Source: Planctomycetota bacterium
GTDB lineage: Bacteria; Planctomycetota; Planctomycetia; Pirellulales; UBA7805
Direction: 5' to 3'
Assembly: GCA_014237955.1 (NCBI GenBank)
Contig: JABABY010000002.1
Span: 1 to 43,903 of the forward strand
DNA length: 43,903 nucleotides
The translations under genes were made by a program, and so were the position numbers. Of this stretch, positions 1 through 7,969 are shown one piece after another (within the stretch, counting starts at the first letter, position 1; every line of letters begins with the position of its first letter). The notes under the pieces are model-generated. The model saw nothing but the letters and a program-made list of their open reading frames with translations, searched no databases and was not told where the DNA came from.

Positions 1-4
1 GCGT

Positions 5-26
5 GAAAAGGCGTTCAAAATAACGC
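5..26 (-). terminator. Candidate rho-independent terminator after CDS 49..744
   Basis: GCGTT (11-15) pairs with AACGC (22-26) around a 6-nt loop. On the minus strand the hairpin is followed by CTTTTC. It lies 23 nt past the stop codon. The stem is short. Confidence 0.3.
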
Positions 27-48
27 TTTATAGAAAAGTCGTTCATAT

Positions 49-744
49 TCAGCGACTCCGCTGTAGGTTGCCTCTAGATTGGGTCATCGATCCACGATCC
101 TCTCGCTTGGATGGTGACCATCGATTTTGATCCAAGATAAGATCCGCTTCGTAAAATGTGGCAAACCAATCTTCATGTTCGGGATCTCGCATCTCCGGCG
201 CAATCTCTTCGATGCTCACTGGGTCCTGCGTTTGTTGAATAAGGCAGCGGAAGAGGTGCGTGCCGCTCTCGATATTGGCTTTTCGGAGCATCCCGCCAGC
301 GAGTGCTGCCACCAAGTCGGCCTCCTCGTTGTTGTCCCCAAGGTGGAGCCGTAGTTGCTGGGCCAGGGAGAGATAGCGCCGCTGACGCAGTCCGTCCCAG
401 ATTCCCTCGGGCATCAAATCAACAAATGTCCGCTCAGTCTGTTCGTTTTCAATAGCGGTAGGGTTGAGTTCAATCTGGCAAACATGATCAAAATCGTATG
501 GATTGTTGTAGATCAATCCAAAGTCATAGCCCGTATCCATCCACAAGGTTCTTAAATAAGGCTGAATGCCCGGACTTTCACGTAGATCTCGTCTTAGTCC
601 GCTTCGGGCTCCAAAATTGCCCGCGACGCCGGCAAAAAGCGCAAAGAGGTGAAAAAACAACAGAAGTGTGATAAGAGTACGGACGCCTTGGCTGGGAATT
701 CCAGGTGAGCCGCTATCTTTAGGGGGTACAGTCTGAGAAGACAT
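49..744 (-). CDS. Hypothetical membrane-anchored protein
   Basis: 231-aa ORF with a Pro/Ser-rich N-terminus followed by one hydrophobic helix (LITLLLFFHLFALFAGVAG). I recognised no family. Confidence 0.6.
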   Translation of the reverse strand: MSSQTVPPKDSGSPGIPSQGVRTLITLLLFFHLFALFAGVAGNFGARSGLRRDLRESPGIQPYLRTLWMDTGYDFGLIYNNPYDFDHVCQIELNPTAIENEQTERTFVDLMPEGIWDGLRQRRYLSLAQQLRLHLGDNNEEADLVAALAGGMLRKANIESGTHLFRCLIQQTQDPVSIEEIAPEMRDPEHEDWFATFYEADLILDQNRWSPSKREDRGSMTQSRGNLQRSR

Positions 745-887
745 GGAAATTTTGGCCGGGGATGACGATTGGTCGTCTCCCCGCTCCGGTCGGGGTGGGA
801 ATCACTTGGTCGCACCTATATATCGACAAAGTGATGGGACCGACTCCACTTGGCTCAGCTAAAGCGTCCCAATCTCCGCCTGCTACC

Positions 888-922
888 AAAAAAAATACCG
901 GACCCCCGAAAGGGTCCGGTAT
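888..922 (-). terminator. Rho-independent terminator of the Cys-rich protein gene
   Basis: Perfect 11-bp inverted repeat, ATACCGGACCC (895-905) and GGGTCCGGTAT (912-922), with a 6-nt loop. The plus-strand A-run at 888-894 gives a U-tract on the minus strand. It lies about 90 nt downstream of the stop at 1014. Confidence 0.72.
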
Positions 923-1013
923 CATAAACTTCTCATCATCCCTAACAGCTTGATGCGTCTCACCAGGCTATTAGGCAGCGGGCTTCGACAAGCGAAGCCA
1001 TATTTACGCTAGC

Positions 1014-1352
1014 TTAGGCAGCGCAGCCATTGCAGCCATTGCAGCGACCTTTGCAGCGACCATGACAGCGGCCTTTGCAACGATCACGACCAGAGCATTT
1101 ATCGCGACCACAGCATTTGTCGCGACCATGGCAACGATCACGACCACAGCATTTGTCGCGACCACAGCATCGCTTTTTGCCACGACATTTGCAATCGTTG
1201 TCGCAAGCTGAGCAATCGTCTGCTGAGCAGTCACATTTTGCGCTACAGCCATGGCAACCGTGGCCGGCCAGAGCTTGTTTCTCACCGCCAATCATGGCGA
1301 TTCCAACAACCGCGAGGAAAATCGCGATGCCAAGAATTAAAGTGCGATTCAT
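1014..1352 (-). CDS. Small secreted or membrane-anchored Cys-rich repeat protein (metallothionein-like composition)
   Basis: The ORF track gives 1014..1409. I prefer the ATG at 1352 (MNRTLILG...) because GGAGGA sits 9 nt upstream and the protein then opens with a signal/anchor helix (LILGIAIFLAVVGIAMIGG). The remainder has 22 Cys in about 83 aa, arranged as (C-x-G-R-D-K/R)x5, (C-x-G-R)x3 and (C-N-G)x2. The gene has its own terminator at 888-922. Confidence 0.6.
   Translation of the reverse strand: MNRTLILGIAIFLAVVGIAMIGGEKQALAGHGCHGCSAKCDCSADDCSACDNDCKCRGKKRCCGRDKCCGRDRCHGRDKCCGRDKCSGRDRCKGRCHGRCKGRCNGCNGCAA
1026..1169 (-). repeat. In-frame degenerate tandem repeats (18-, 12- and 9-nt units) encoding the CxGRD(K/R), CxGR and CNG units
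   Basis: Repeated blocks such as acagcatttgtcgcgacc are visible at 1080-1169. The periodicity shortens towards the 3' end of the gene. Three frames stay open across this stretch because of the repeat. Confidence 0.8.
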
Positions 1353-2093
1353 CTTTTCCAATCCTCCAAAAAGGTACCGAAAGAAGTAGGAGTTGACATT
1401 GATCCACAAGTGCCGTCTCGGCTTTTAACTGCCTCGCCGACTCGACGGCACGTGTCGGGTGACAGGCAACCTCCCAGCAATTACAACCTCCAACCCACGA
1501 CAACTGGTTTAGTTTTTGCGGGTTAGGCAGGTTTTACCGAATTTGTAAGCTAGGGGGCTAAAATAGCATGGCTGCAATTCTTGTCAACCAGCCATTTAGG
1601 TCAAATACAATTTCTAGGTTATTAAGGGATAATAAGTGGTATAGGATAAAGCTGTTCAACTCTACCCCATAATGCTTGCATGTCGATTAGATAACAATGA
1701 AAAAATAAAAATTTTGCGAAAAATAGGAAATTTATGCGGTTTATTCCGTTTTTCCGATGCAAGAGTCAGTGTAGTGGGAGCGTATAACCCTTGGTGTTCT
1801 CTTATGTCAGAGGACTCTTTGCGTGGTCCGGAAAAGAACGTGGCAGGTAATTTTTGGGGTGCGAAAAGGGCAGATGTTGCCAGAAGTGTTTTCTGTGTGG
1901 AGCCGTCCGTCCCTTCCCGTGCAGTTTGTCGCTCAGGATGAGACGATCGATTAGATCGACTGAGAGGATAACACAGTCGGTATGGCGTAGCCCCAAGCCA
2001 TTTTGTGGTCTAAGAATCTGAAGCAGTCGAATCGGCCACAATGGAAATGATACGGGGGGTGCGGAGGGACAGCTTAGAGAAATCGATGCAAGT

Positions 2094-4040
2094 TCATTTG
2101 TTCCTTGCGTTTTTCTTGCCCTTCTTTTTCCCCTTTTTTTTGTCATTCCCGAGTAGTTCTTCAGGGGTTTTATCGCCCCGTTGGTTCTGTTCTCCTTCAG
2201 CTTCTTCTTCTTGGGCCTGGTCCACCTGAAAATTCCACTGTTTGTCAAATGCCGCGGCCATGCCCACATCGCTCACAGAATTTCTGGTGAATAAATTGCC
2301 ATGCGAATCAAGAAATAGCATTTCAGTAGGAGCGGCCATTACCGCTTGCTCTGGGGCCGCCGGAACGCCGTCAGGAGCAGGCAGTCCGTCAAAGCCACCG
2401 AGAGCCCCACCGCCCTGCCAGTCCAGCAGTACCAAATCCGTGGTTATAGGGCTTTTATTGTTGATGGCGGGGCCATTTTTTCCTTGCTGCAATTGTTTGG
2501 CCGCTGCTTTCTGGTTCGCTACCTCCCCAGGCTGGAGAGAGACACGTCCCGTGCGTTGTTCCCCTTTATCAAAATCGATCTCTCGTACGATGATCTCTCG
2601 TGCGATGATATTGTCTTCAGGGCCTTCTTTGTTACCGTTTGTCACCACATATACCTGCTCATCGGCGGGTACGCGAACGGCATTACTCGATTTACTCCAG
2701 CCCGATTCACGATATTTTCGGGTCTGCATTTTGACAGGATTCTCCAAAAAACGAGGATCGATACCAAGTTCCTCGGAGTTTGGATTTTTTAGTGCCAATT
2801 GAATCCGGTAGCGATAAATGTTTCCGGGTTCCACAGTGTAATCAAAGATGCGAACAAGGCGGTTTTTTGCCAAACGTTGGGACGGTGGTGTGTTAACAAT
2901 GATTGGTGGCGCAGGTTGCTGCTCTTGCGAAGGGGGTTTGTTATCCGTTGCGTTCCCATCATCGAAAAAATCATTATTAGCATTGTCCGCAGAGGGAACG
3001 GAATCGCCCTGTAGGTTCCCCGTGGATTTTCCGCCTTGTGGACTCGTCGTAGGCGCCTTGCCTTTTTTGGCCTTGGGTGGCGCGAGTGGAATTTCTGGGT
3101 GGGTTGCCTGGAGGCCCCAATCGCGGAAGGCCAGCGGTCCGAGAGGTTTTGCTAATGCCCGATCAACAAATCGCGGATCCACGGGCTCAGGGGCCCGGGT
3201 TGCCCAGCTGTCGGCCTCTTCCCGTTCTAATTGCCGAAATTCCCTCCACTCCCACTCTCGAGATTTTCCCCAATCGACGTTTTCGGTGGTATCTGCGTCC
3301 GATACCGTAAGTCGTTGGATTCGGGCGGCAAGGTAACTGGGTACATCCCGCTTGGGATCGTATCCCCCGGCATCGGCAAAATGTAGGAGATAATTATTCG
3401 TTTGTTCATCTAGAGGGGCGAGAGCCGTGATGACTACCCAGCGGCGCCCTCGCCCTACGGAATTTGAAGGTGGCGCAACGCCGCGACGAGGCGGTTGAGG
3501 AGTTTTTGATTTTGCCCGCCCCCCTTTTTTGCCTTGGGCCTTGGGCACCGGTTCCGCAGTAGGGTCTTTCATCCAGAAAATGCCGTTGCCCCCGATGGCT
3601 CGAAGATTGTTGGCCGCCAAAAAATCGGGTTCGCGGCGTTTAGCGCCCGTTTTTATTTTTTTGATACCGGGCGCTTTAAAAGTATAAAGGTCGGGTGTTA
3701 TTTTGCTCCGCGCTGCCGTGATCTTTGTTGAAAAATCGGGAATGGGATAAGCTCCCTTATCCCAAGCAGACTGCTCAATCCGAGCTTCGAACTGAGTCGC
3801 CATTTTCGAAAGTTTTTCTGGAGTTTGGTCGCTCTGTACCTGCAGCTTGCCAACGGCGCTATATACCAGAAGTCCAAAAATAATGAGTACGGCAAAAAGC
3901 AAAGGCTTCTCAAGATGCAATAAAAGCCACTGTTTAGCTCCAGGGGATGAGCTTGTTGCCGGCCGTGGCGGAGCATTACTCGCCTCTACGGGCTCGGTGT
4001 CTTTCTTTTTTCGCCGGAATTTGAAGGAAGGCAATTTCAT
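2094..4040 (-). CDS. Hypothetical bitopic membrane protein, third gene of the PilMN-like cluster
   Basis: 648-aa ORF starting 14 nt after the upstream stop. It has a basic N-terminus, one TM helix (LLFAVLIIFGLLVYSAV), long Pro/Gly/Lys-rich low-complexity stretches and a Lys-rich C-terminal tail (KKKGKKKGKK). Confidence 0.7.
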   Translation of the reverse strand: MKLPSFKFRRKKKDTEPVEASNAPPRPATSSSPGAKQWLLLHLEKPLLFAVLIIFGLLVYSAVGKLQVQSDQTPEKLSKMATQFEARIEQSAWDKGAYPIPDFSTKITAARSKITPDLYTFKAPGIKKIKTGAKRREPDFLAANNLRAIGGNGIFWMKDPTAEPVPKAQGKKGGRAKSKTPQPPRRGVAPPSNSVGRGRRWVVITALAPLDEQTNNYLLHFADAGGYDPKRDVPSYLAARIQRLTVSDADTTENVDWGKSREWEWREFRQLEREEADSWATRAPEPVDPRFVDRALAKPLGPLAFRDWGLQATHPEIPLAPPKAKKGKAPTTSPQGGKSTGNLQGDSVPSADNANNDFFDDGNATDNKPPSQEQQPAPPIIVNTPPSQRLAKNRLVRIFDYTVEPGNIYRYRIQLALKNPNSEELGIDPRFLENPVKMQTRKYRESGWSKSSNAVRVPADEQVYVVTNGNKEGPEDNIIAREIIVREIDFDKGEQRTGRVSLQPGEVANQKAAAKQLQQGKNGPAINNKSPITTDLVLLDWQGGGALGGFDGLPAPDGVPAAPEQAVMAAPTEMLFLDSHGNLFTRNSVSDVGMAAAFDKQWNFQVDQAQEEEAEGEQNQRGDKTPEELLGNDKKKGKKKGKKNARNK

Positions 4041-4054
4041 AAAAGCCCAGTCAA

Positions 4055-5413
4055 TCAGGATTTTTCAGGGGGGCCACTATTGGCCTTTTTGCCACCATTG
4101 CTATTTTGCCCCACAGTCTCTGTGTCCATTGGTCCTTTAGCATCCGCTAAATAGGCATAGCCCCATATTTCAACGAGGATCCCACGGCCAATTTCATCCG
4201 CGTCCGGTTCTGACTCATCACCCACCTCTTTTGTCGGTTGATTTGTTTGGCGGTTAAAGCGTCTGCGACTGCTAGCACTGGCTTGTGGTTTCTTGGCGAC
4301 CGCTGATTGTATGGGCGTTAGAGATGATGGGCGATGAAAACGGAGCCCTTGGATTTCTAGAGGTAATGGTGAATTCGCAATAGCACTTAACAGTGTATTC
4401 AAATAATGTGGATCCATCCGGACCTGTATCAGGAATGGAATCAACTCATAGCCGTCGATGCGGGGTAGTGTCGTGATAGCATCGGCAAGAGGTTTCTGCA
4501 GGGGCTTGTTACCCCGAGCCTTTGGTGTCTTCGGTGCGTTTGCCTTTCCGCGCTTTTGTGACGCAGGCCCCCTTTTCGTGGGCGTTTTTCCCTTCACGCC
4601 CTTTCGGTTCGTTTCCGTTTGTGTCGTACTGTCCGAAACTTCCTGAACAGACCACTTTGCCTCATTCAGGCGCTCGGCTACCCATTCTCCAGCCCCCAAT
4701 TCCTTGATGGTGTGGATCGGGAGATTGTATTTGTCGTCCGTGTCCCTATTGGTATGTGCGATGGCTTGGCCCATGGCCTGAAAAACCCACAGGGCCTTTT
4801 GGCGGTCTCTACAGGCACTCCATTTCAACTTTTTAATCTCGTCGGTGGCATAGCCCTCTTCGAGTAAATCGTAGTTGGACGGATCCCAAAACACCCCTCC
4901 CTGGCCGGCATTCTCTGCGACTTCTAGCATTTTGCGTAGGTCGCGGATTAACAGGGGTGCTGCCTCTGCATAATATTGCACCAAGCCCCCTTTTTCTTCA
5001 TCAGGCTCCTCCTTTGCCACTTCATCAGCAAAACCGATGAGATCAATTTCCCCCCGATCTTCTTCTAGTGTTCCATTGCCGTCATCGCCCACAATGTGAT
5101 TTGGCCACGCCGTTCCTTCCTGCTGCATCTCGACCACGTTCGTCCAAGCTGCCGCCACAGCGTCAGAGACCTTATTCGTGACACTTTTTGTTTCTTTGAC
5201 CCAAGATTCATTTGGAAATACAGGTCGCTGACTATCGGTTGTCATCTTTTTGAATTGTGAACTTACGGCATTTTTATTCTTTTTGAAGTCCCGTTCTATT
5301 TCATAAACCGAAACGTTCCAGCAATAAAGCATGATGGCAATTCCCGCAGCGGCTAGAATCCAGAAATGATGTGTCTGAATCTTTGCCAAAATCACTTTTA
5401 TTTTTTCCATCAT
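4055..5413 (-). CDS. Hypothetical bitopic membrane protein in the PilO position of the cluster
   Basis: 452-aa ORF with GGAG 6 nt upstream of the ATG. It has an N-terminal TM helix (FWILAAAGIAIMLYCW), and its periplasmic part contains basic low-complexity segments. I recognised no family. Confidence 0.7.
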   Translation of the reverse strand: MMEKIKVILAKIQTHHFWILAAAGIAIMLYCWNVSVYEIERDFKKNKNAVSSQFKKMTTDSQRPVFPNESWVKETKSVTNKVSDAVAAAWTNVVEMQQEGTAWPNHIVGDDGNGTLEEDRGEIDLIGFADEVAKEEPDEEKGGLVQYYAEAAPLLIRDLRKMLEVAENAGQGGVFWDPSNYDLLEEGYATDEIKKLKWSACRDRQKALWVFQAMGQAIAHTNRDTDDKYNLPIHTIKELGAGEWVAERLNEAKWSVQEVSDSTTQTETNRKGVKGKTPTKRGPASQKRGKANAPKTPKARGNKPLQKPLADAITTLPRIDGYELIPFLIQVRMDPHYLNTLLSAIANSPLPLEIQGLRFHRPSSLTPIQSAVAKKPQASASSRRRFNRQTNQPTKEVGDESEPDADEIGRGILVEIWGYAYLADAKGPMDTETVGQNSNGGKKANSGPPEKS

Positions 5414-5513
5414 GCCACTCCGGCCACAAAGAGTGGCCTAAGTAAAGTATTTCATGTTGCTTCAAAACAATAAAACGAATTCACGATTTATCAAGTCACA
5501 ATGGTTCTTTGGC

Positions 5514-7679
5514 TCATTTTGGTTGCCATGCAAATTGGATAACAAAACGGTACTGTGTAAGTGCTCGAGGTCCGATGCCGTTATCGCCATTTTGTTCAAA
5601 GGGCGATTCAACTTTCCTCTCATCAAGCATTTTCAATACTAGTGGATGGGTGATGCCCAGTTCGCCAGGAAAGACTTCAATCGTGCTTCCTGCTGCATCG
5701 GGAATGGCAACTTTGCGTTCCTGGAGGTTATGGAGAAAAGTCCGCTGTACGAATTGTTTGCCATCACCATGGTTTTGGGATTTATGGAAATGGTACCCCT
5801 CCAGTTCTACAATGCAGCCAGCGCCTCGCGGTGGTTGGTTTGTCGCGCTCGTAACTTTCGGCGCGGGAAGCGATTTTTTTGCAGCCTTGCGATCTGTGGT
5901 CGAATGTTTATCACCGAACAGCGTGGAGCTAGCATCTTCACTAGTCGTGGTGTTGTTTTGTGCTCCTGCGATCACCAGTGGCGTGCTGTTGTCTTTGAAT
6001 TTAACCCGGTTGTCTTTGGTGAACCAGCGTCCTAGATCGGGGACTTTGCGGACTCGCATGTCAGTGATCCAGAGTTCAATGCGATTGGTTGGATCGCGTG
6101 GTGTCTCCGCTTCGACATTGTCGGGTACCGGTTCCGACCCACCCGCAGTATTGTTCTGGTCAGGCTCTTGGGTGTCGTCATCGCCCGTTTGTCCCGTTGG
6201 TGTTTTCTTAGCGGGTTCAATGTAACGGTTGCGCTCATCGGGCAGGCATTGGTAGATGGCTTCGCAAAGCTCGAGGTAGTCTGTTTTGCTGTTAAAGACT
6301 GCCAGACGTTTTTCTCCGGAAAGCTTTGCTGATTCGTAGGCCTGTTTCGCTTCGTTATGGCGCATCCGCAATTGATCGGCGTTGCTCACGACCGATTGTG
6401 AACGATTGATAGCTGCTGTCCATTGGGAGTCGTCGTTGATGCGCACCTTGTTCCAGCTTGCCCAGAGAATGAGAAAATTAACTAGGCAGGCCATTGCTAA
6501 AAGTAATGCTGCTGCAATGGCCCACGGCTTCTTGCGGTTTATGGTGCGATTCAAGACAAGTTCTTTGGGCACCAGATTTGTCGCAATATATGCTTTTGAT
6601 ATGCCCTGCAATGCCAGTCCATAGGAAACGCCAAATGTAAGAATGTTGTCTTTAAACGCAGGGGACTGGGTCACGGTGGAACTGGCAAGCGTTTTTATTT
6701 CGCCAATTTTTTCAACCTCATAACCGAGGTGTTGTGCAAGATAACGCCTCAGTCCAGGGAGCTTCATTGTATTTCCTAGTGCAATGACCCGGTCAATCTT
6801 GGCTGTCTTGTCAAGGCTCTGGAAATATCCAATCGATCGTTGAATTTCAGTCAGCAGGTCTTTAAAGATGGGTCGCATCGCCTTGTAGATGACCTTGGGG
6901 TCTTCTGCGCGAGTCGCATTGCGTTTCAGATGCTCAGCCTTGGCATACGTCAACTGCAGTTCCTTGACCAGTGCCTTCGTAAAGTGACTGCCACCAAGAG
7001 GAATATTCCGTTGCCACACACGATATCCATTGGTAATGACCAAGTCGGTGGATTCGGTGCCAATCGAAGCGACTACAAACGAATGTGGTGGCTCCTCCGG
7101 ATCATATTCTTCACTCCAAATTGCCGGGTCCATCTGGTCGAAGACGATGTCGTTGTAAATGGCCAGTGGCGTTAATTGAACAATGTCAATGTCGATCCCG
7201 GCTTCTTGATAGGGCTCAATTTCTTGATAGACCTGATCGCGTTTCATCGCGAAGAGGCCAACCTCAGCTTCCAACGCAAAGCCCTCTTCCTCACTGCCGA
7301 CAAACATCCTTTGGTAATCCCAAATGACATCATCCAAGTCGAATGGAATCTGTTGGTTGGCTTCATAGCGCACAATGTCGGGAATTTTGCTGGTTTCTAT
7401 CGGGGGCAGTTTGATAAAGCGCGCAAGCCCACTTTGTCCAGAAACCGATACAGCAACTTTTGTCCCCTGAAGATCATTTCGAGACAAAAATAATTGGAGC
7501 GCCTCGCGGACTAATTCTACGGGGTCCGCCTCCGGTTGGGTGAGGATTTTCGGATACTCGATATAATCAAATGCTTCTGCAACAACTTTATTGGGATCAT
7601 CGGCCGATGGCGCACAGCGAACCGCTTTTAGGGCGCATTGTCCAATATCGATTCCCCAGGCGGAGTCGATCTTCGCCAT
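5514..7679 (-). CDS. pilM: Type IV pilus assembly ATPase-fold protein PilM fused to a PilN-like bitopic module
   Basis: The N-terminus MAKIDSAWGIDIGQCALKAV is typical of the PilM/FtsA actin-like fold (about residues 1-365). Residues 368-371, NLVP, match the conserved PilN N-terminal NLLP-type motif. A basic patch and TM helix follow (KKPWAIAAALLLAMACLVNFLILW), then a roughly 310-aa periplasmic region. Confidence 0.8.
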   Translation of the reverse strand: MAKIDSAWGIDIGQCALKAVRCAPSADDPNKVVAEAFDYIEYPKILTQPEADPVELVREALQLFLSRNDLQGTKVAVSVSGQSGLARFIKLPPIETSKIPDIVRYEANQQIPFDLDDVIWDYQRMFVGSEEEGFALEAEVGLFAMKRDQVYQEIEPYQEAGIDIDIVQLTPLAIYNDIVFDQMDPAIWSEEYDPEEPPHSFVVASIGTESTDLVITNGYRVWQRNIPLGGSHFTKALVKELQLTYAKAEHLKRNATRAEDPKVIYKAMRPIFKDLLTEIQRSIGYFQSLDKTAKIDRVIALGNTMKLPGLRRYLAQHLGYEVEKIGEIKTLASSTVTQSPAFKDNILTFGVSYGLALQGISKAYIATNLVPKELVLNRTINRKKPWAIAAALLLAMACLVNFLILWASWNKVRINDDSQWTAAINRSQSVVSNADQLRMRHNEAKQAYESAKLSGEKRLAVFNSKTDYLELCEAIYQCLPDERNRYIEPAKKTPTGQTGDDDTQEPDQNNTAGGSEPVPDNVEAETPRDPTNRIELWITDMRVRKVPDLGRWFTKDNRVKFKDNSTPLVIAGAQNNTTTSEDASSTLFGDKHSTTDRKAAKKSLPAPKVTSATNQPPRGAGCIVELEGYHFHKSQNHGDGKQFVQRTFLHNLQERKVAIPDAAGSTIEVFPGELGITHPLVLKMLDERKVESPFEQNGDNGIGPRALTQYRFVIQFAWQPK

Positions 7680-7848
7680 TTGAACACCTTCTCTCTATCC
7701 GTTCAGTGTGTCGCCACCCTCAAGAGTCCGATGACCGCTGCTGCCACTATGGGAAATAGACCCCGAAACCGAATATCTCACACGATGCGGGCAAACCAAT
7801 CGACACAAACACCAGTCTAGTAGGGTCAATAAACACATGTCAAACAAG

Positions 7849-7866
7849 CACCCCTCTTATGGGGTG
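7849..7866 (-). terminator. Weak candidate terminator after the acyl-CoA dehydrogenase gene
   Basis: CACCCC (7849-7854) pairs with GGGGTG (7861-7866) around a 6-nt loop. On the minus strand only the moderately T-rich CTTGTTTG follows. It lies about 105 nt downstream of the stop at 7970. Confidence 0.3.
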
Positions 7867-7969
7867 TCCAGTTTTCTATGCAATGGGCACCTTCGGAGGA
7901 TAAGGCCTTTTCTCAGCGGCTCCACCATACCAAAAAAGCTTCCGGACGATGAAACGGGCCAGCGGCTAT

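Noticed and set aside
1004-1389. Two other open frames across the Cys-rich repeat: 1004..1291 minus (Ala/Val-rich) and 1075..1389 plus (RPQHLS repeats).
   Set aside because: They are open only because the tandem repeat lacks stops in several frames. Only the Cys-rich frame has an SD, a signal/anchor helix and a terminator in the right orientation. This remains unproven without expression data.
5509-6225. 238-aa plus-strand ORF inside the pilM-pilN gene. Similar long antisense ORFs occur at 2242..2802, 2848..3336, 11809..12450, 11945..12391, 36227..36727 and 38577..39293.
   Set aside because: Each lies entirely within, and antisense to, a gene whose product has clear family motifs or secretion signals. 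Their translations are low-complexity (Ser/Arg/Pro/Gly-rich) with no recognisable motifs, which is typical of shadow ORFs.
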